This document shows, one piece after another, positions 49,914 through 59,290 of a DNA stretch of 64,000 bases. The stretch comes from Candidatus Latescibacterota bacterium. Its GTDB lineage: Bacteria; Latescibacterota; UBA2968; GCA-2709665. Under the pieces are notes generated by a model, which was not told the origin of the DNA, searched no databases, and saw nothing but the letters and a program-made list of their open reading frames with translations. The number at the start of each line of letters is the position of its first letter. The stretch's first letter is position 1. The stretch is from NCBI GenBank assembly GCA_965248435.1, contig OZ252100.1:2624001-2688000 (forward strand), in the 5' to 3' direction. The translations under genes were made by a program, and so were the position numbers.

Positions 49914-49945
49914 GTTTGTCTACCAACGAAAACTGCCGGATTCGT

Positions 49946-50359
49946 TCACAACATCGCTTCGACAGCCCGGACCGCAGCTTGAGCGTGGGGCTTCAGTCTG
50001 GAAGGAATCTGCTCTGGAAGGATCTCCGGCCCGAGGATGCCCACCCCAACCGGCTTGCCTATTTCAAGCTGCAACCGGATAATCGCAGAAAAAACCGCCT
50101 CGCCCATCACGAGCCCGTGCTTTGTCTCACCCCTCTCGATGAGCCCGAGCACAACGACGCCGTCGATATCATCGGACATCAGCATTCGTTTGATGGCCAG
50201 TGGCTTCTCCATTGAACCCGGGACCCAGACTTCACGAACGATGTTCAACCCGCACTCACGGGCAACCTCTCGCGCCTCTTCCAGCATTTCCATCATCTCT
50301 TGTTTGTGGTAGGAACCCAGAACGACACCGATATTATGTCTTGTTTCCCTCTGAGCCAC
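49946..50359 (-). CDS. ribH: 6,7-dimethyl-8-ribityllumazine synthase
   Basis: VPGSME.P, DGVVVLG.I.RGETKH, KPVG.GILGP; GTG start after AAGGAG. Confidence 0.9.
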   Translation of the reverse strand: MAQRETRHNIGVVLGSYHKQEMMEMLEEAREVARECGLNIVREVWVPGSMEKPLAIKRMLMSDDIDGVVVLGLIERGETKHGLVMGEAVFSAIIRLQLEIGKPVGVGILGPEILPEQIPSRLKPHAQAAVRAVEAML

Positions 50360-50369
50360 ATTCTCTCCT

Positions 50370-51740
50370 TCAGGATTTCGATTCCTCAGTTGGATTCGTG
50401 CCAAGCTCCTTCAGCAGGTTCGCAGTCGTTCGGACGCCGTTTATAAAATTCTCGATCGCCAGGTTCTCATTCGGGGAATGGTTATTATGGTCACGCTGCC
50501 CATAGGGGACCAGGAAGATAGGGACCCCGGGAATCTGCTTGAACGATGCCATGGGAAGGCTTCCTCCGATCGATGGCACAAGGTACGGTTCTGTTCCAAA
50601 GGCGGAGGACACGGCCCGAATCACACAGGTTGCGTGTGGATCATCCAGGGAGGTTCGCCAGGGTGTCATCTTTCCCAGGGGCGTTACTTCCAGGTCGTCG
50701 AATCCACTTTCGTTAAGGAAGTCCGTAAGTTTCCCGTAAATTTCGTCGGGCGTCTGCTGCTCTACAAGCCGCATATCGATCTTCAGGCCCGCGTCCGCTG
50801 GAATGATCGTCTTCATTCCTGGGCCGAGGTGGCCGCCTCGGAAACCATTTACATTCAAGGTCGGATAAAGACCCCGCCTCTGATGGAAGGGCATCTCCGT
50901 ATCGCCCACCGATCGGGCGAGGCCTACATCTTCCATCAGCCCCGCTTCGCCGTCTGGCAGCGCGTTCAGCGCCTTGAGGTCCAGATCTGTCGGTTCAAGC
51001 ACCTCATCGTAGAAGCCGGGGATCTTCACCTTGCTCTTCTCGTCCTTGAGTCTGGAGACGAGTCGGCAGAGTCGCTCGACCGGGCTGTCGACGACGCCGC
51101 CATAATTCCCGGAATGCAGGTCCCGGTTCGGTCCCTGGCCCTTTATCTCCACGTAAAGCATACCACGTGAACCGAACACGACCTCGGGCCGATCTCCGTA
51201 GGAGTGACCCCCATCAGCACAGTAGACGAGATCGCAGGCCAGCATATCGCGATGATCGCGGACAAACCCATCCATGCCCTTGCTGCCGTTCTCTTCCTCT
51301 CCCTCGAAGAGGACCTTGACGCGAAGCGGAAGGCTTCCCGACGCCTGCAGCGTCGACTCCACCGCCTTCAATTGGGCGAAAAACTGGCCTTTGTTATCTG
51401 CAACCCCCCGCGCGTAGATCCTCCCGTTGCGGATCGTGGGTTCGAACGGCGGAGACGTCCAAGCATCCAAAGGTTCCGGGGGCTGTACATCGTAGTGTCC
51501 GTAGATCAAGACGGTCTGGGCCGCGTCCGACGGCCCCGCCTCTCCGTAAATCATCGGATTGCCATACCCTTCGATCGCGCGGACCTCGATGCCACACGCC
51601 GCTGTCAGCTGACACACGAGCTTCGCGCACTCCGGGATACCTTCCCCTGTCGAGCTGATGCTCGGCTGACGCACGAGGTCCATCAGCTCCGACAGGAACC
51701 GCTCCTGATTCGCCTCGATGTAGGCAAACACGTCGTTCAT
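50370..51740 (-). CDS. M20 family dipeptidase / ArgE-DapE-like metallohydrolase
   Basis: YGHYDVQP, ARG.ADNKG, EGEEE.GS, DLHSG, HSPNE. Confidence 0.92.
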   Translation of the reverse strand: MNDVFAYIEANQERFLSELMDLVRQPSISSTGEGIPECAKLVCQLTAACGIEVRAIEGYGNPMIYGEAGPSDAAQTVLIYGHYDVQPPEPLDAWTSPPFEPTIRNGRIYARGVADNKGQFFAQLKAVESTLQASGSLPLRVKVLFEGEEENGSKGMDGFVRDHRDMLACDLVYCADGGHSYGDRPEVVFGSRGMLYVEIKGQGPNRDLHSGNYGGVVDSPVERLCRLVSRLKDEKSKVKIPGFYDEVLEPTDLDLKALNALPDGEAGLMEDVGLARSVGDTEMPFHQRRGLYPTLNVNGFRGGHLGPGMKTIIPADAGLKIDMRLVEQQTPDEIYGKLTDFLNESGFDDLEVTPLGKMTPWRTSLDDPHATCVIRAVSSAFGTEPYLVPSIGGSLPMASFKQIPGVPIFLVPYGQRDHNNHSPNENLAIENFINGVRTTANLLKELGTNPTEESKS

Positions 51741-51765
51741 ATTGACTCACTCACGAATGTATGGT

Positions 51766-53403
51766 TCAATACTTCCTTCCCTTCTCGATGGTTTCATCCC
51801 AACGGCGCGAACGCAGGTAGTCAACTGCGGCCTCTACGGCGGTTTCAGTTCCGATCCGTTGAAGGGCGTCCACCGCGTAGGCGGCCACCTGGCCGCAGGG
51901 GTCATCCAGGGCCTCGATAAGGACATCCTCTGCCGGGCCTGCGTCCCGACCCAGTCGTGCGAAAGCCATGGCCGCATTGATCCGCACCTGGTCGTTTGCT
52001 GCCCACCCCCTGCCCTCTACGTCGTCCCACGCAGACCGGCACGCCGTCAACAGTCTGCTGAGCCCGGGGACAGATGCCGAGACGTTTTTCCGTATGCTCC
52101 CAAGCGAATCCGCTGCCGTGCGGACCACACATTGTGACGGGTCATCCAGACACCGGGAAAGGTCGGGAACGGCCTCGGCGGCCCCGGAATCCATTTCCCC
52201 AAGGGCGAACGCCGCGTTGATCCTAACCCATTCGCTCGTGTCCTTCAAAAGGTCGATCAGCGCGGGAACGGCCGGCGCGCCGATCGCTGCAAGCGCGTTC
52301 GCCGCGTCATCCATCGCGACGACCCCATCCTTCCACGGACACGGCACCGGATGCGCATCCTCACGCCGGCCCGATTCCTTCAGGACACTCGCCAGCGATT
52401 CGATCGTCGGCAGGCCGATTGCGCCGAGCGTATAGATCGCCGCGATTCGTGCCGCCTGGTGATCCCTGTTCAGAATATCGATCAGGGCCGGGACGGCTTC
52501 GGCGGCTCGTTCCCCCTTAATGGCCAATACACGCATCGCTCGGAGACGCGTCTGCAGATCTCGATCGGCCGACAACTCCGCGATCAGGGGCATCAATTCC
52601 GCGTCGTCGGCTATCGGGCCGTTGGGATGGAGACTTTCATAACGGTCCCGCTTCCCGCACATCCAGTCCCAGATATGGGACCACGCGACCTCAAGATCGT
52701 ATGGCGCCTGTAGATCCTTTGGTCTCCGCCATTGCGACTCCAGGCAGTCCCAGGACGGCGCCACCGGCTCTTCGGCCCGCACATAAACGAACTTGATCAT
52801 GTGGCGTGGCTGGTCGAGCAGGTTGATGCCTGCCGCGTGGCCGACATCAAAATGTGTGATCGAGACCGTGCCTGCCTTGCCCGCTATGGGGATGGGCCGC
52901 GCGCGGTCCTCATCTGTCATTGCCTTGTTGTAGTGCGTACCCGGAATCACGTGGGTCGGACCCAGTTCCACGGGCGTATCCTGCGGATAGTACATGATCC
53001 TGGCATACCGGGGATAGTGCTGGCGGGGGCGGGCGAGAGGGGTGTAGGAATCCTGATGACAGTTTTCGGCCAGCGATCTTTGTGGCGGTCCGTCTTCTGC
53101 CCCGGGGCCGATGTAATGACAGTGCCGATGCGGATGCTCGATGACGTTTTCACCCAGCACGCTGATCAGCGCTCCTTGAACTTCAGGACTGTTGAGAATG
53201 CGGTACATCTCTGGCACGCGCGGCAGGATGTTGTTACCCGGATTGAACTCCTCCTCTAAAACGAACTGGAGCTTTTGGCGAATCGATTCGTGCAGGTCGT
53301 CCGGCACTTCGGGGTTGAGAACGACATAACCGTTCACGATGAATTTGCGGATCTGTTCGTCGTCAAAAAGCAGGGGTGACCCGGTTTGTCTCTCGCGAGG
53401 CAT
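51766..53403 (-). CDS. PhyH-family dioxygenase fused to HEAT repeats
   Basis: HQD, YYPQD...GPT.VIPGTH in the N-half; repeated 'AVPALI..L.D....VR..AA.ALG' in the C-half. Confidence 0.85.
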   Translation of the reverse strand: MPRERQTGSPLLFDDEQIRKFIVNGYVVLNPEVPDDLHESIRQKLQFVLEEEFNPGNNILPRVPEMYRILNSPEVQGALISVLGENVIEHPHRHCHYIGPGAEDGPPQRSLAENCHQDSYTPLARPRQHYPRYARIMYYPQDTPVELGPTHVIPGTHYNKAMTDEDRARPIPIAGKAGTVSITHFDVGHAAGINLLDQPRHMIKFVYVRAEEPVAPSWDCLESQWRRPKDLQAPYDLEVAWSHIWDWMCGKRDRYESLHPNGPIADDAELMPLIAELSADRDLQTRLRAMRVLAIKGERAAEAVPALIDILNRDHQAARIAAIYTLGAIGLPTIESLASVLKESGRREDAHPVPCPWKDGVVAMDDAANALAAIGAPAVPALIDLLKDTSEWVRINAAFALGEMDSGAAEAVPDLSRCLDDPSQCVVRTAADSLGSIRKNVSASVPGLSRLLTACRSAWDDVEGRGWAANDQVRINAAMAFARLGRDAGPAEDVLIEALDDPCGQVAAYAVDALQRIGTETAVEAAVDYLRSRRWDETIEKGRKY

Positions 53404-53460
53404 AAGGATATTCCTCTACGACCGCAGCCCGCGGTCGGCACATAGCCTGAAGTCAAACAT

Positions 53461-54588
53461 CTAGAGGAACCTCTCTACGAGAAAAGGCTGTAGATCGTCT
53501 TCTGGTTGTCGACCCAGCATCATCTCTGCCACAATCTTTCCGCTGTAGGGTCCGAGCTGCAGTCCGCTGGGACCGTGTCCCGTCGCCAGGAAGAGGTGCT
53601 CCACACCTGGTACCGGTCCCAGCACCGGCAGTCCGTCTTTGCTGAGCGGCCGAAGCCCGACCCTGACCTCCCGAACCTCGGACGCCTTCAACCCGGGGGC
53701 CACGCGGATCGCTTCGCCGAGTACCTCCTTCACTCCATCCTCAGTCGTAAACACACCGAAACCTGAACCAGTCTCTCGTGTAGCACCCACGACCACTCGA
53801 CTGTCAGGCCAGGGAACCATATAGTGGTCGCGAAGCGCGCTGACGATCGGCCAGTTGCTCGTGTCCGTCCCCTTCAGATCCAGGTGGGCGATTTGGCCCC
53901 GCTGAGGCTCCACCGGGATCTGGATCCCGAGCTGTTCCCCGAACGCGTTCGACCACGCGCCGCCCGCGATTCCCACCGCCCTGCCCTCGATGGGCTCCCC
54001 ATCGACAACAACGCCTGACACGGAGGAGCCATCCAGAATCAACTTCTCTACACTTCCCGCCATTTGGTTTAAGCCGGCGTTCTCTGCAGAACGAGTCAGG
54101 CTATGGGTAAGCATTCGTCCGTCGACGCGAGCCGCCTTGAGGTAGTAGATGGCTCCGAGTACGTCACCCAGCGGCGGGAACAGCACTTTCGCTTCACCCG
54201 AAGAGATCTGGAAAAGGTCTGTCTGACTCCCCCCTGAATTCTGGCGTCCAAAGATCAACCGCTTCGCTTCCTGGAATACGGCCAATTCTTCCTGCGAAAC
54301 CGCCACGCGCAACAAGCCGCAAACCGCAAAGCCCGTCTCCGTTTGGGACTCAGCCTTCAGATTAGTAACGAGCGTCGGGTAGTAGGCGCCGGCCTTGGCT
54401 GCAAAACGATACCACGGGTCAGGGTCCCGCGTATTCGTGTCAGGCGAGATGATCCCCGCTCCCGCGTCGGTGGCTCTTCCGGGATCGCATCTGTCGATAA
54501 GGAGTGTCTTCGCCCCTTCAGAGACAAGATGGTAGGCAACGGAGCTTCCAACAACGCCGCCCCCGATCACGATCGCGTCAAACCCCAT
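53461..54588 (-). CDS. FAD-dependent oxidoreductase (D-amino acid oxidase / glycine oxidase family)
   Basis: IGGGVVG, AGGAWS, P.RGQ, VGLRP...DGLP..G, GHG..G...GP. Confidence 0.9.
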   Translation of the reverse strand: MGFDAIVIGGGVVGSSVAYHLVSEGAKTLLIDRCDPGRATDAGAGIISPDTNTRDPDPWYRFAAKAGAYYPTLVTNLKAESQTETGFAVCGLLRVAVSQEELAVFQEAKRLIFGRQNSGGSQTDLFQISSGEAKVLFPPLGDVLGAIYYLKAARVDGRMLTHSLTRSAENAGLNQMAGSVEKLILDGSSVSGVVVDGEPIEGRAVGIAGGAWSNAFGEQLGIQIPVEPQRGQIAHLDLKGTDTSNWPIVSALRDHYMVPWPDSRVVVGATRETGSGFGVFTTEDGVKEVLGEAIRVAPGLKASEVREVRVGLRPLSKDGLPVLGPVPGVEHLFLATGHGPSGLQLGPYSGKIVAEMMLGRQPEDDLQPFLVERFL

Positions 54589-54702
54589 GAACGCCCTTCC
54601 CTTGTGGGCTCTCAGGGAATTGGCTTTCCAGCCATTCCCTTCCTAGATTATGGCCTGAAATCTATTCTTCTTATTACTGGCTGATGCGAAGGAGGTCCGC
54701 CT

Positions 54703-55734
54703 GTGCTCGTTATTCGACCGGTGACTTTGGACGACCTGGATCAGGTCTTTCAGCTGGCATCTTCCGCAGACCTGGGGCTCACCACGCTTCCCCCTGATCT
54801 GGACCTCCTGGAAAAACGCATCTCCCGCTCACAAGATAGCTTCAAAAGGCCTCTCGGAGAACCTGAAGGAGAGATCTACCTCCTGGTGCTCGAAGATCTG
54901 AAAGCCGGCCGCATCGCCGGAACGAGCGGCATGGTCTCCAGAGTAGGTGGATTCGAGCCGTTCTACGCGTATCAGATCGAAACGGTGATTCAGGAATCTA
55001 AATCGCTTGAAGTTCGGAAGGAAATCCAGGTGCTGCACCTCGTCCAGGAGCACGACGGACCGTGCGAAATAGGAACCCTGTTCCTGTCTCCCGACTACCG
55101 TAAGTCTGGCAATGGATCCCTGCTTTCCAAAAGTCGCTTCCTCTTCATGGCGGAACATCCTCACGCTTTCGCCTCTCCGGTGATCTCAGAACTGCGCGGC
55201 GTAAGCGATCAAGCCGGTCGCGCTCCCTTTTGGGAGGCTGTGGGAAGACACTTCTTCGACATCGATTTTCCCAAGGCCGACTATCTGAGCATGCGCAACA
55301 AACAGTTCATCGCAGAGCTCATGCCCAGCCATCCCATCTACATCCCAACGCTGCCCGAGGAGGCGCGGACAGTGATCGGCCGGGTTCACCCAAGGACCGA
55401 GCCGGCCGTCAAGATCCTGGAAGCCGAAGGATTCACCTTCTCCAACAGAGTGGATATCTTCGATGCAGGTCCGATTTTCAGCTGTCCCCTCGAGCGAATC
55501 AAGACCGCGCGACAGAGCACCAAGGCCCAGATCTCCGACATCGGCGATCAAACCATTTCATCTGAGCCCTTTCTCATCGCCAATACTCGGTGGAGTGAGT
55601 TCCGCGCCTGTGCAGGCAGCTTGAAGTTGAATCCTGACAACTCCGTCCAGATATCCAGAGATGTCGCCTCGGCCCTCGGCGTAAAGGCTGGGGATCCACT
55701 GCGGTTTCGTTCTGCGGCGCGAGTGAAGACCTGA
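54703..55734 (+). CDS. astA: Arginine N-succinyltransferase
   Basis: GLTTLP, EIGTLFL..DYR, LLSKSRFLF, ELRG, PFW, FIAELMP.HPIY, VDIFDAGP. Confidence 0.95.
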   Translation: MLVIRPVTLDDLDQVFQLASSADLGLTTLPPDLDLLEKRISRSQDSFKRPLGEPEGEIYLLVLEDLKAGRIAGTSGMVSRVGGFEPFYAYQIETVIQESKSLEVRKEIQVLHLVQEHDGPCEIGTLFLSPDYRKSGNGSLLSKSRFLFMAEHPHAFASPVISELRGVSDQAGRAPFWEAVGRHFFDIDFPKADYLSMRNKQFIAELMPSHPIYIPTLPEEARTVIGRVHPRTEPAVKILEAEGFTFSNRVDIFDAGPIFSCPLERIKTARQSTKAQISDIGDQTISSEPFLIANTRWSEFRACAGSLKLNPDNSVQISRDVASALGVKAGDPLRFRSAARVKT

Positions 55735-57116
55735 TGCAATCCCAGCCCGGAATGTCACAAAAGGCCCACGAACTCAACATCGACGGCCTTGTGGGTCCAA
55801 CCCACAGCTACGGGGGACTTTCGTGGGGCAACATCGCCTCTGGCAAAAGCCGTCTCACCATCTCCAACCCGAGAGCCGCCGCCCTTCAGGGGCTGCGGAA
55901 GATGAAGTTCCTATTCGACCTTGGCCTCAAACAGGCCGTCTTTCCACCACAGGAACGGCCCGATATCGTGACCCTCAGGCGCCTCGGCTTCAGCGGCCCA
56001 GATCCGGAAGTGCTTCGTCAAGCCAGGGACCACGACCCGCATCTCCTCGAGGCCTGCAGCAGCGCATCCAGCATGTGGATGGCCAATGCCGCCACCGTCT
56101 CCCCGAGCACCGACACAGCCGACCATCGCGTCCACTTCACGCCGGCGAATCTGGTCACCCAGTTCCACCGGTCCATTGAACCTGACATGACGGCCACGTT
56201 ATTGAAGGCCATATTCAGCGACAAGACCCGGTTCGCCCATCACTCGCCGCTGCCCAGGGGCTCACACTTTCGCGACGAAGGCGCCGCCAATCACATTCGA
56301 CTATGCCGCACGCACGCAGAACCTGGCGTCGAGCTTTTCGTATACGGAACACAATCTTTCTCACCGTCCAGTCGTGAAACGAAAACCTTTCCAGCGCGTC
56401 AGTCCCTCGAGGCCTCCCACGCAGTCGCACGCCTGCACCACCTCGACCTGGAGATGACGCGCTTCGCGCTTCAAAATCCAGACCTCATCGATGCCGGCGT
56501 GTTCCACAACGACGTCATCTCCGTCGGTAACGAAAACGTCCTCCTCTACCACAGCCTGGCCTTTTCCGACGGACCATCCGTCGCCCGGGATCTCCAACAA
56601 ACATTTTCACGCCGGTGCCAGGGTGAACTCAGTTTGATCGAAATCCCTGAGAACCGCCTGTCAATTTCCGATGCCATAGGGTCCTACGTCTTCAACAGTC
56701 AGCTGCTCTCCCTGCCGGATGGATCGATGGCGCTCGTTTCGCCGATCGAATGTCAGGAAAGTTCTCGAGTAAGATCTCTTATTGAGGAGCTGATCCAGCA
56801 AGACAATCCAGTCCAGGCTCTACACTACATTGACGTTCGGCAGAGTATGAAAAATGGCGGGGGTCCCGCCTGCCTGAGGCTTCGAGTCGTAGTCTCGGAA
56901 GATGAGCTGACATCCATGCATCAAGCGGTTCTCTTCTCGGACCAGCTTTACGCAGAACTGTCTGACTGGGTGACCAACTTCTATCGTGATCGACTGGAGC
57001 TGAGCGACCTCGTGGACCCCGATCTCCTTCAGGAAAGCCGAACTGCCCTGGATTCACTCACCCAAATCTTGCAACTCGGCTCTGTCTACCCGTTCCAGCT
57101 CGCGGGAGCGAGTTAG
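55734..57116 (+). CDS. astB: N-succinylarginine dihydrolase
   Basis: DGLVGPTH.YGGLS.GN.AS, SASSMW.ANAAT, DEGAANH, GVFHNDVI, QSMKNGGGPACLRL. Confidence 0.96.
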   Translation: MQSQPGMSQKAHELNIDGLVGPTHSYGGLSWGNIASGKSRLTISNPRAAALQGLRKMKFLFDLGLKQAVFPPQERPDIVTLRRLGFSGPDPEVLRQARDHDPHLLEACSSASSMWMANAATVSPSTDTADHRVHFTPANLVTQFHRSIEPDMTATLLKAIFSDKTRFAHHSPLPRGSHFRDEGAANHIRLCRTHAEPGVELFVYGTQSFSPSSRETKTFPARQSLEASHAVARLHHLDLEMTRFALQNPDLIDAGVFHNDVISVGNENVLLYHSLAFSDGPSVARDLQQTFSRRCQGELSLIEIPENRLSISDAIGSYVFNSQLLSLPDGSMALVSPIECQESSRVRSLIEELIQQDNPVQALHYIDVRQSMKNGGGPACLRLRVVVSEDELTSMHQAVLFSDQLYAELSDWVTNFYRDRLELSDLVDPDLLQESRTALDSLTQILQLGSVYPFQLAGAS

Positions 57117-57126
57117 CTCGCCTCAT

Positions 57127-57158
57127 CAATCCGCAATCCCAATTCTACAATCCGAAAT
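57127..57158 (+). repeat. Short heptamer-type run (caatccg variants)
   Basis: caatccg-caatccc-aattcta-caatccg-aaat; same unit as 11519-11543. Confidence 0.6.
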
Positions 57159-57163
57159 CTTTC

Positions 57164-57940
57164 CTATTCTCCCATCGCATCGATCTGATCCATCTCCTCC
57201 TGTCCCAACTCCCAATTCATCACGTCCAGATTCTCCGCAAGGTGGTTCTTTGAGCTCGACTTGGGAATCACCACCATGCCTTTCTGGATCAGCCACTTCA
57301 GGGTGACCTGGGCGACAGATCGACCGAGGCGCGATCCGATCTTCGCCAGCGTCGGATCCTTCAGGATGCGCCGCTTGGCCAGGGGGGAATAGGCTGTCAC
57401 GACGACATCCTTCTCCATGCACCAGGCCAGCACATCTCTTTGCTCGGATCCCGGAGAGTAGCTGATCTGGTTCACGCTGATCGGCATGTCAGAGATCGCA
57501 ACAGCCTCTTCCATCTGATCCACGGAGAAATTACTCACCCCGATACTCCTCGCGAGACCCGCTGCCACCGTTTCCTGAAATGCCCGAAGTGTCTCCTTTA
57601 CCGGAACGGAATAGTTCGGCCAGTGAATCAGCATCAGGTCCACGTATTCCGTTTGAAGGTCCCGGACATTTTCTTCACACTGTTTCAGTGCGTCATCGTA
57701 GCGCAGGTGACTCATCCAAACTTTCGACGTGATGAACAGCGCTGATCGATCCACGTCGATGCCCCGCAGCGCCTCGCCGATGGACCGCTGATTCTCGTAA
57801 TACCATGCCGTGTCGATATGCGTATAGCCGAGCGCAAGCGCCTCTTTCACGGCTCGCTGACAGGTCCTCCCGCGAAGGTCCCATGTACCGAGACCGACCA
57901 CCGGGATTTCGTAGCCTGAGCGTAGCTTTACGTTTTCCAT
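57164..57940 (-). CDS. Aldo/keto reductase
   Basis: GLGTW, IDTA..Y, FITSKVW, LIHWP, IGVSNF, AYSPL, IPKS. Confidence 0.95.
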   Translation of the reverse strand: MENVKLRSGYEIPVVGLGTWDLRGRTCQRAVKEALALGYTHIDTAWYYENQRSIGEALRGIDVDRSALFITSKVWMSHLRYDDALKQCEENVRDLQTEYVDLMLIHWPNYSVPVKETLRAFQETVAAGLARSIGVSNFSVDQMEEAVAISDMPISVNQISYSPGSEQRDVLAWCMEKDVVVTAYSPLAKRRILKDPTLAKIGSRLGRSVAQVTLKWLIQKGMVVIPKSSSKNHLAENLDVMNWELGQEEMDQIDAMGE

Positions 57941-58044
57941 ACCCTTATCCGGATTTTGACCGGAAGGACAAACGGCACTGCCCTTCAAGAAGCTTGTTAA
58001 CCCTCTCTAGAAAACATAGTGAACCTGCTCCGGATCAGACAGAT

Positions 58045-59274
58045 CTATTTGGGATCTTCTTCGCCCGCACCCTCCCTGAGACCCAGACCCAGCAACCCTG
58101 CAATCGCAGCGACGACACCATTCGAGAGAAAGATGCCGGAGTAGCCCCATCGATTCCCCACAACACCCGAAATGGCAGGTCCAAAAACGTTCCCCACGGA
58201 GTAGGATTGGAAGAATCCCATAGCGGTCGCCTTGTCTTCATCACGTAAATCCTTGATCGCCAGGCTCATGAGTACGGTGTAGGAAATCCCCCTGCCGAAT
58301 CCGGCAACGATCTGGGACAAGCACAGCAGAGGCACTGTTCTGACATAAGGTACGATGGCTGTACCCAGAGCCACGATGCCGTTGCTGATACTCACGGAGA
58401 CCCTGCTGCTTGACTTTGCGGCGATGACCGACCCGGCAAGGAGGGAGGCAACTGAGGTGGACAGGGTACCCACCATCGTCAAGATTCCAAGCTGCGCCTT
58501 GCTCGCCCCGATGCTGACTCCGTAGTTCGTCACGAACCCGAATCCAGTCGAAAACAGAACATACTGTCCCAGCGCGGCAATCAAGGTTGCCAGTACAAGT
58601 CCTGGACAGCGAATCACCCGTTTTAACTGTTTCAGGGTCGTTTGTCCGGAGGATTTTCGAATCCGCTTTTCGTGAACCAGACCCAGACCAAGAAGGCCAA
58701 GAAGGGTCATCAGGATCGACGCCTTGAACGGGGCAAGCCACCCGTATAGCTCGGCCAGATATCCTCCGGTAATCGTAGCGATCATAATCGCGAGCCCATT
58801 CAGGAACAGGATGTAGCCGATCGACCGCGCGGTCTGAACAGAAGGGAAGTAGCTCGCGAACAGAACAGTGAAGGCAACCCAGGAGCTTGAGGCCATCCCC
58901 GACAGGAATCGGGCTCCGGCCATCAACCAGGGATGGGTAATCAAAATGAAGCCGAGAGAGGCGAACAAAGAGGCAATCAAACCGAATGCAAGAAAGGGTC
59001 TTCGTAGACCGAGCCGGTCGGATATCATGCCAAGCGGAAGACGAAACAGGAGCTGCGCAAGACCGTAGGCGCTGATCACAATCCCTACTGTGCTCAGCGT
59101 CCCGCCGAGGTGTTCGACATAGGGCGCAAGGATCGGAAGATAGAGATAAAGAGAAATCCAGAAGAGGGAGGCGACCGCATATAAGACAGGTACGGCTCGT
59201 CGCGGAAGTTCGGGCCGGATCCCGCCGAGTTCATCCCTTCCTTCCGATCGCTCCTGGTTTTCTGACAGATCCAT
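58045..59274 (-). CDS. MFS transporter
   Basis: About 12 TM helices, G..SDR.G.RR motif A. Confidence 0.9.
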   Translation of the reverse strand: MDLSENQERSEGRDELGGIRPELPRRAVPVLYAVASLFWISLYLYLPILAPYVEHLGGTLSTVGIVISAYGLAQLLFRLPLGMISDRLGLRRPFLAFGLIASLFASLGFILITHPWLMAGARFLSGMASSSWVAFTVLFASYFPSVQTARSIGYILFLNGLAIMIATITGGYLAELYGWLAPFKASILMTLLGLLGLGLVHEKRIRKSSGQTTLKQLKRVIRCPGLVLATLIAALGQYVLFSTGFGFVTNYGVSIGASKAQLGILTMVGTLSTSVASLLAGSVIAAKSSSRVSVSISNGIVALGTAIVPYVRTVPLLCLSQIVAGFGRGISYTVLMSLAIKDLRDEDKATAMGFFQSYSVGNVFGPAISGVVGNRWGYSGIFLSNGVVAAIAGLLGLGLREGAGEEDPK

Positions 59275-59290
59275 TACCTTCTCGTCCGTT

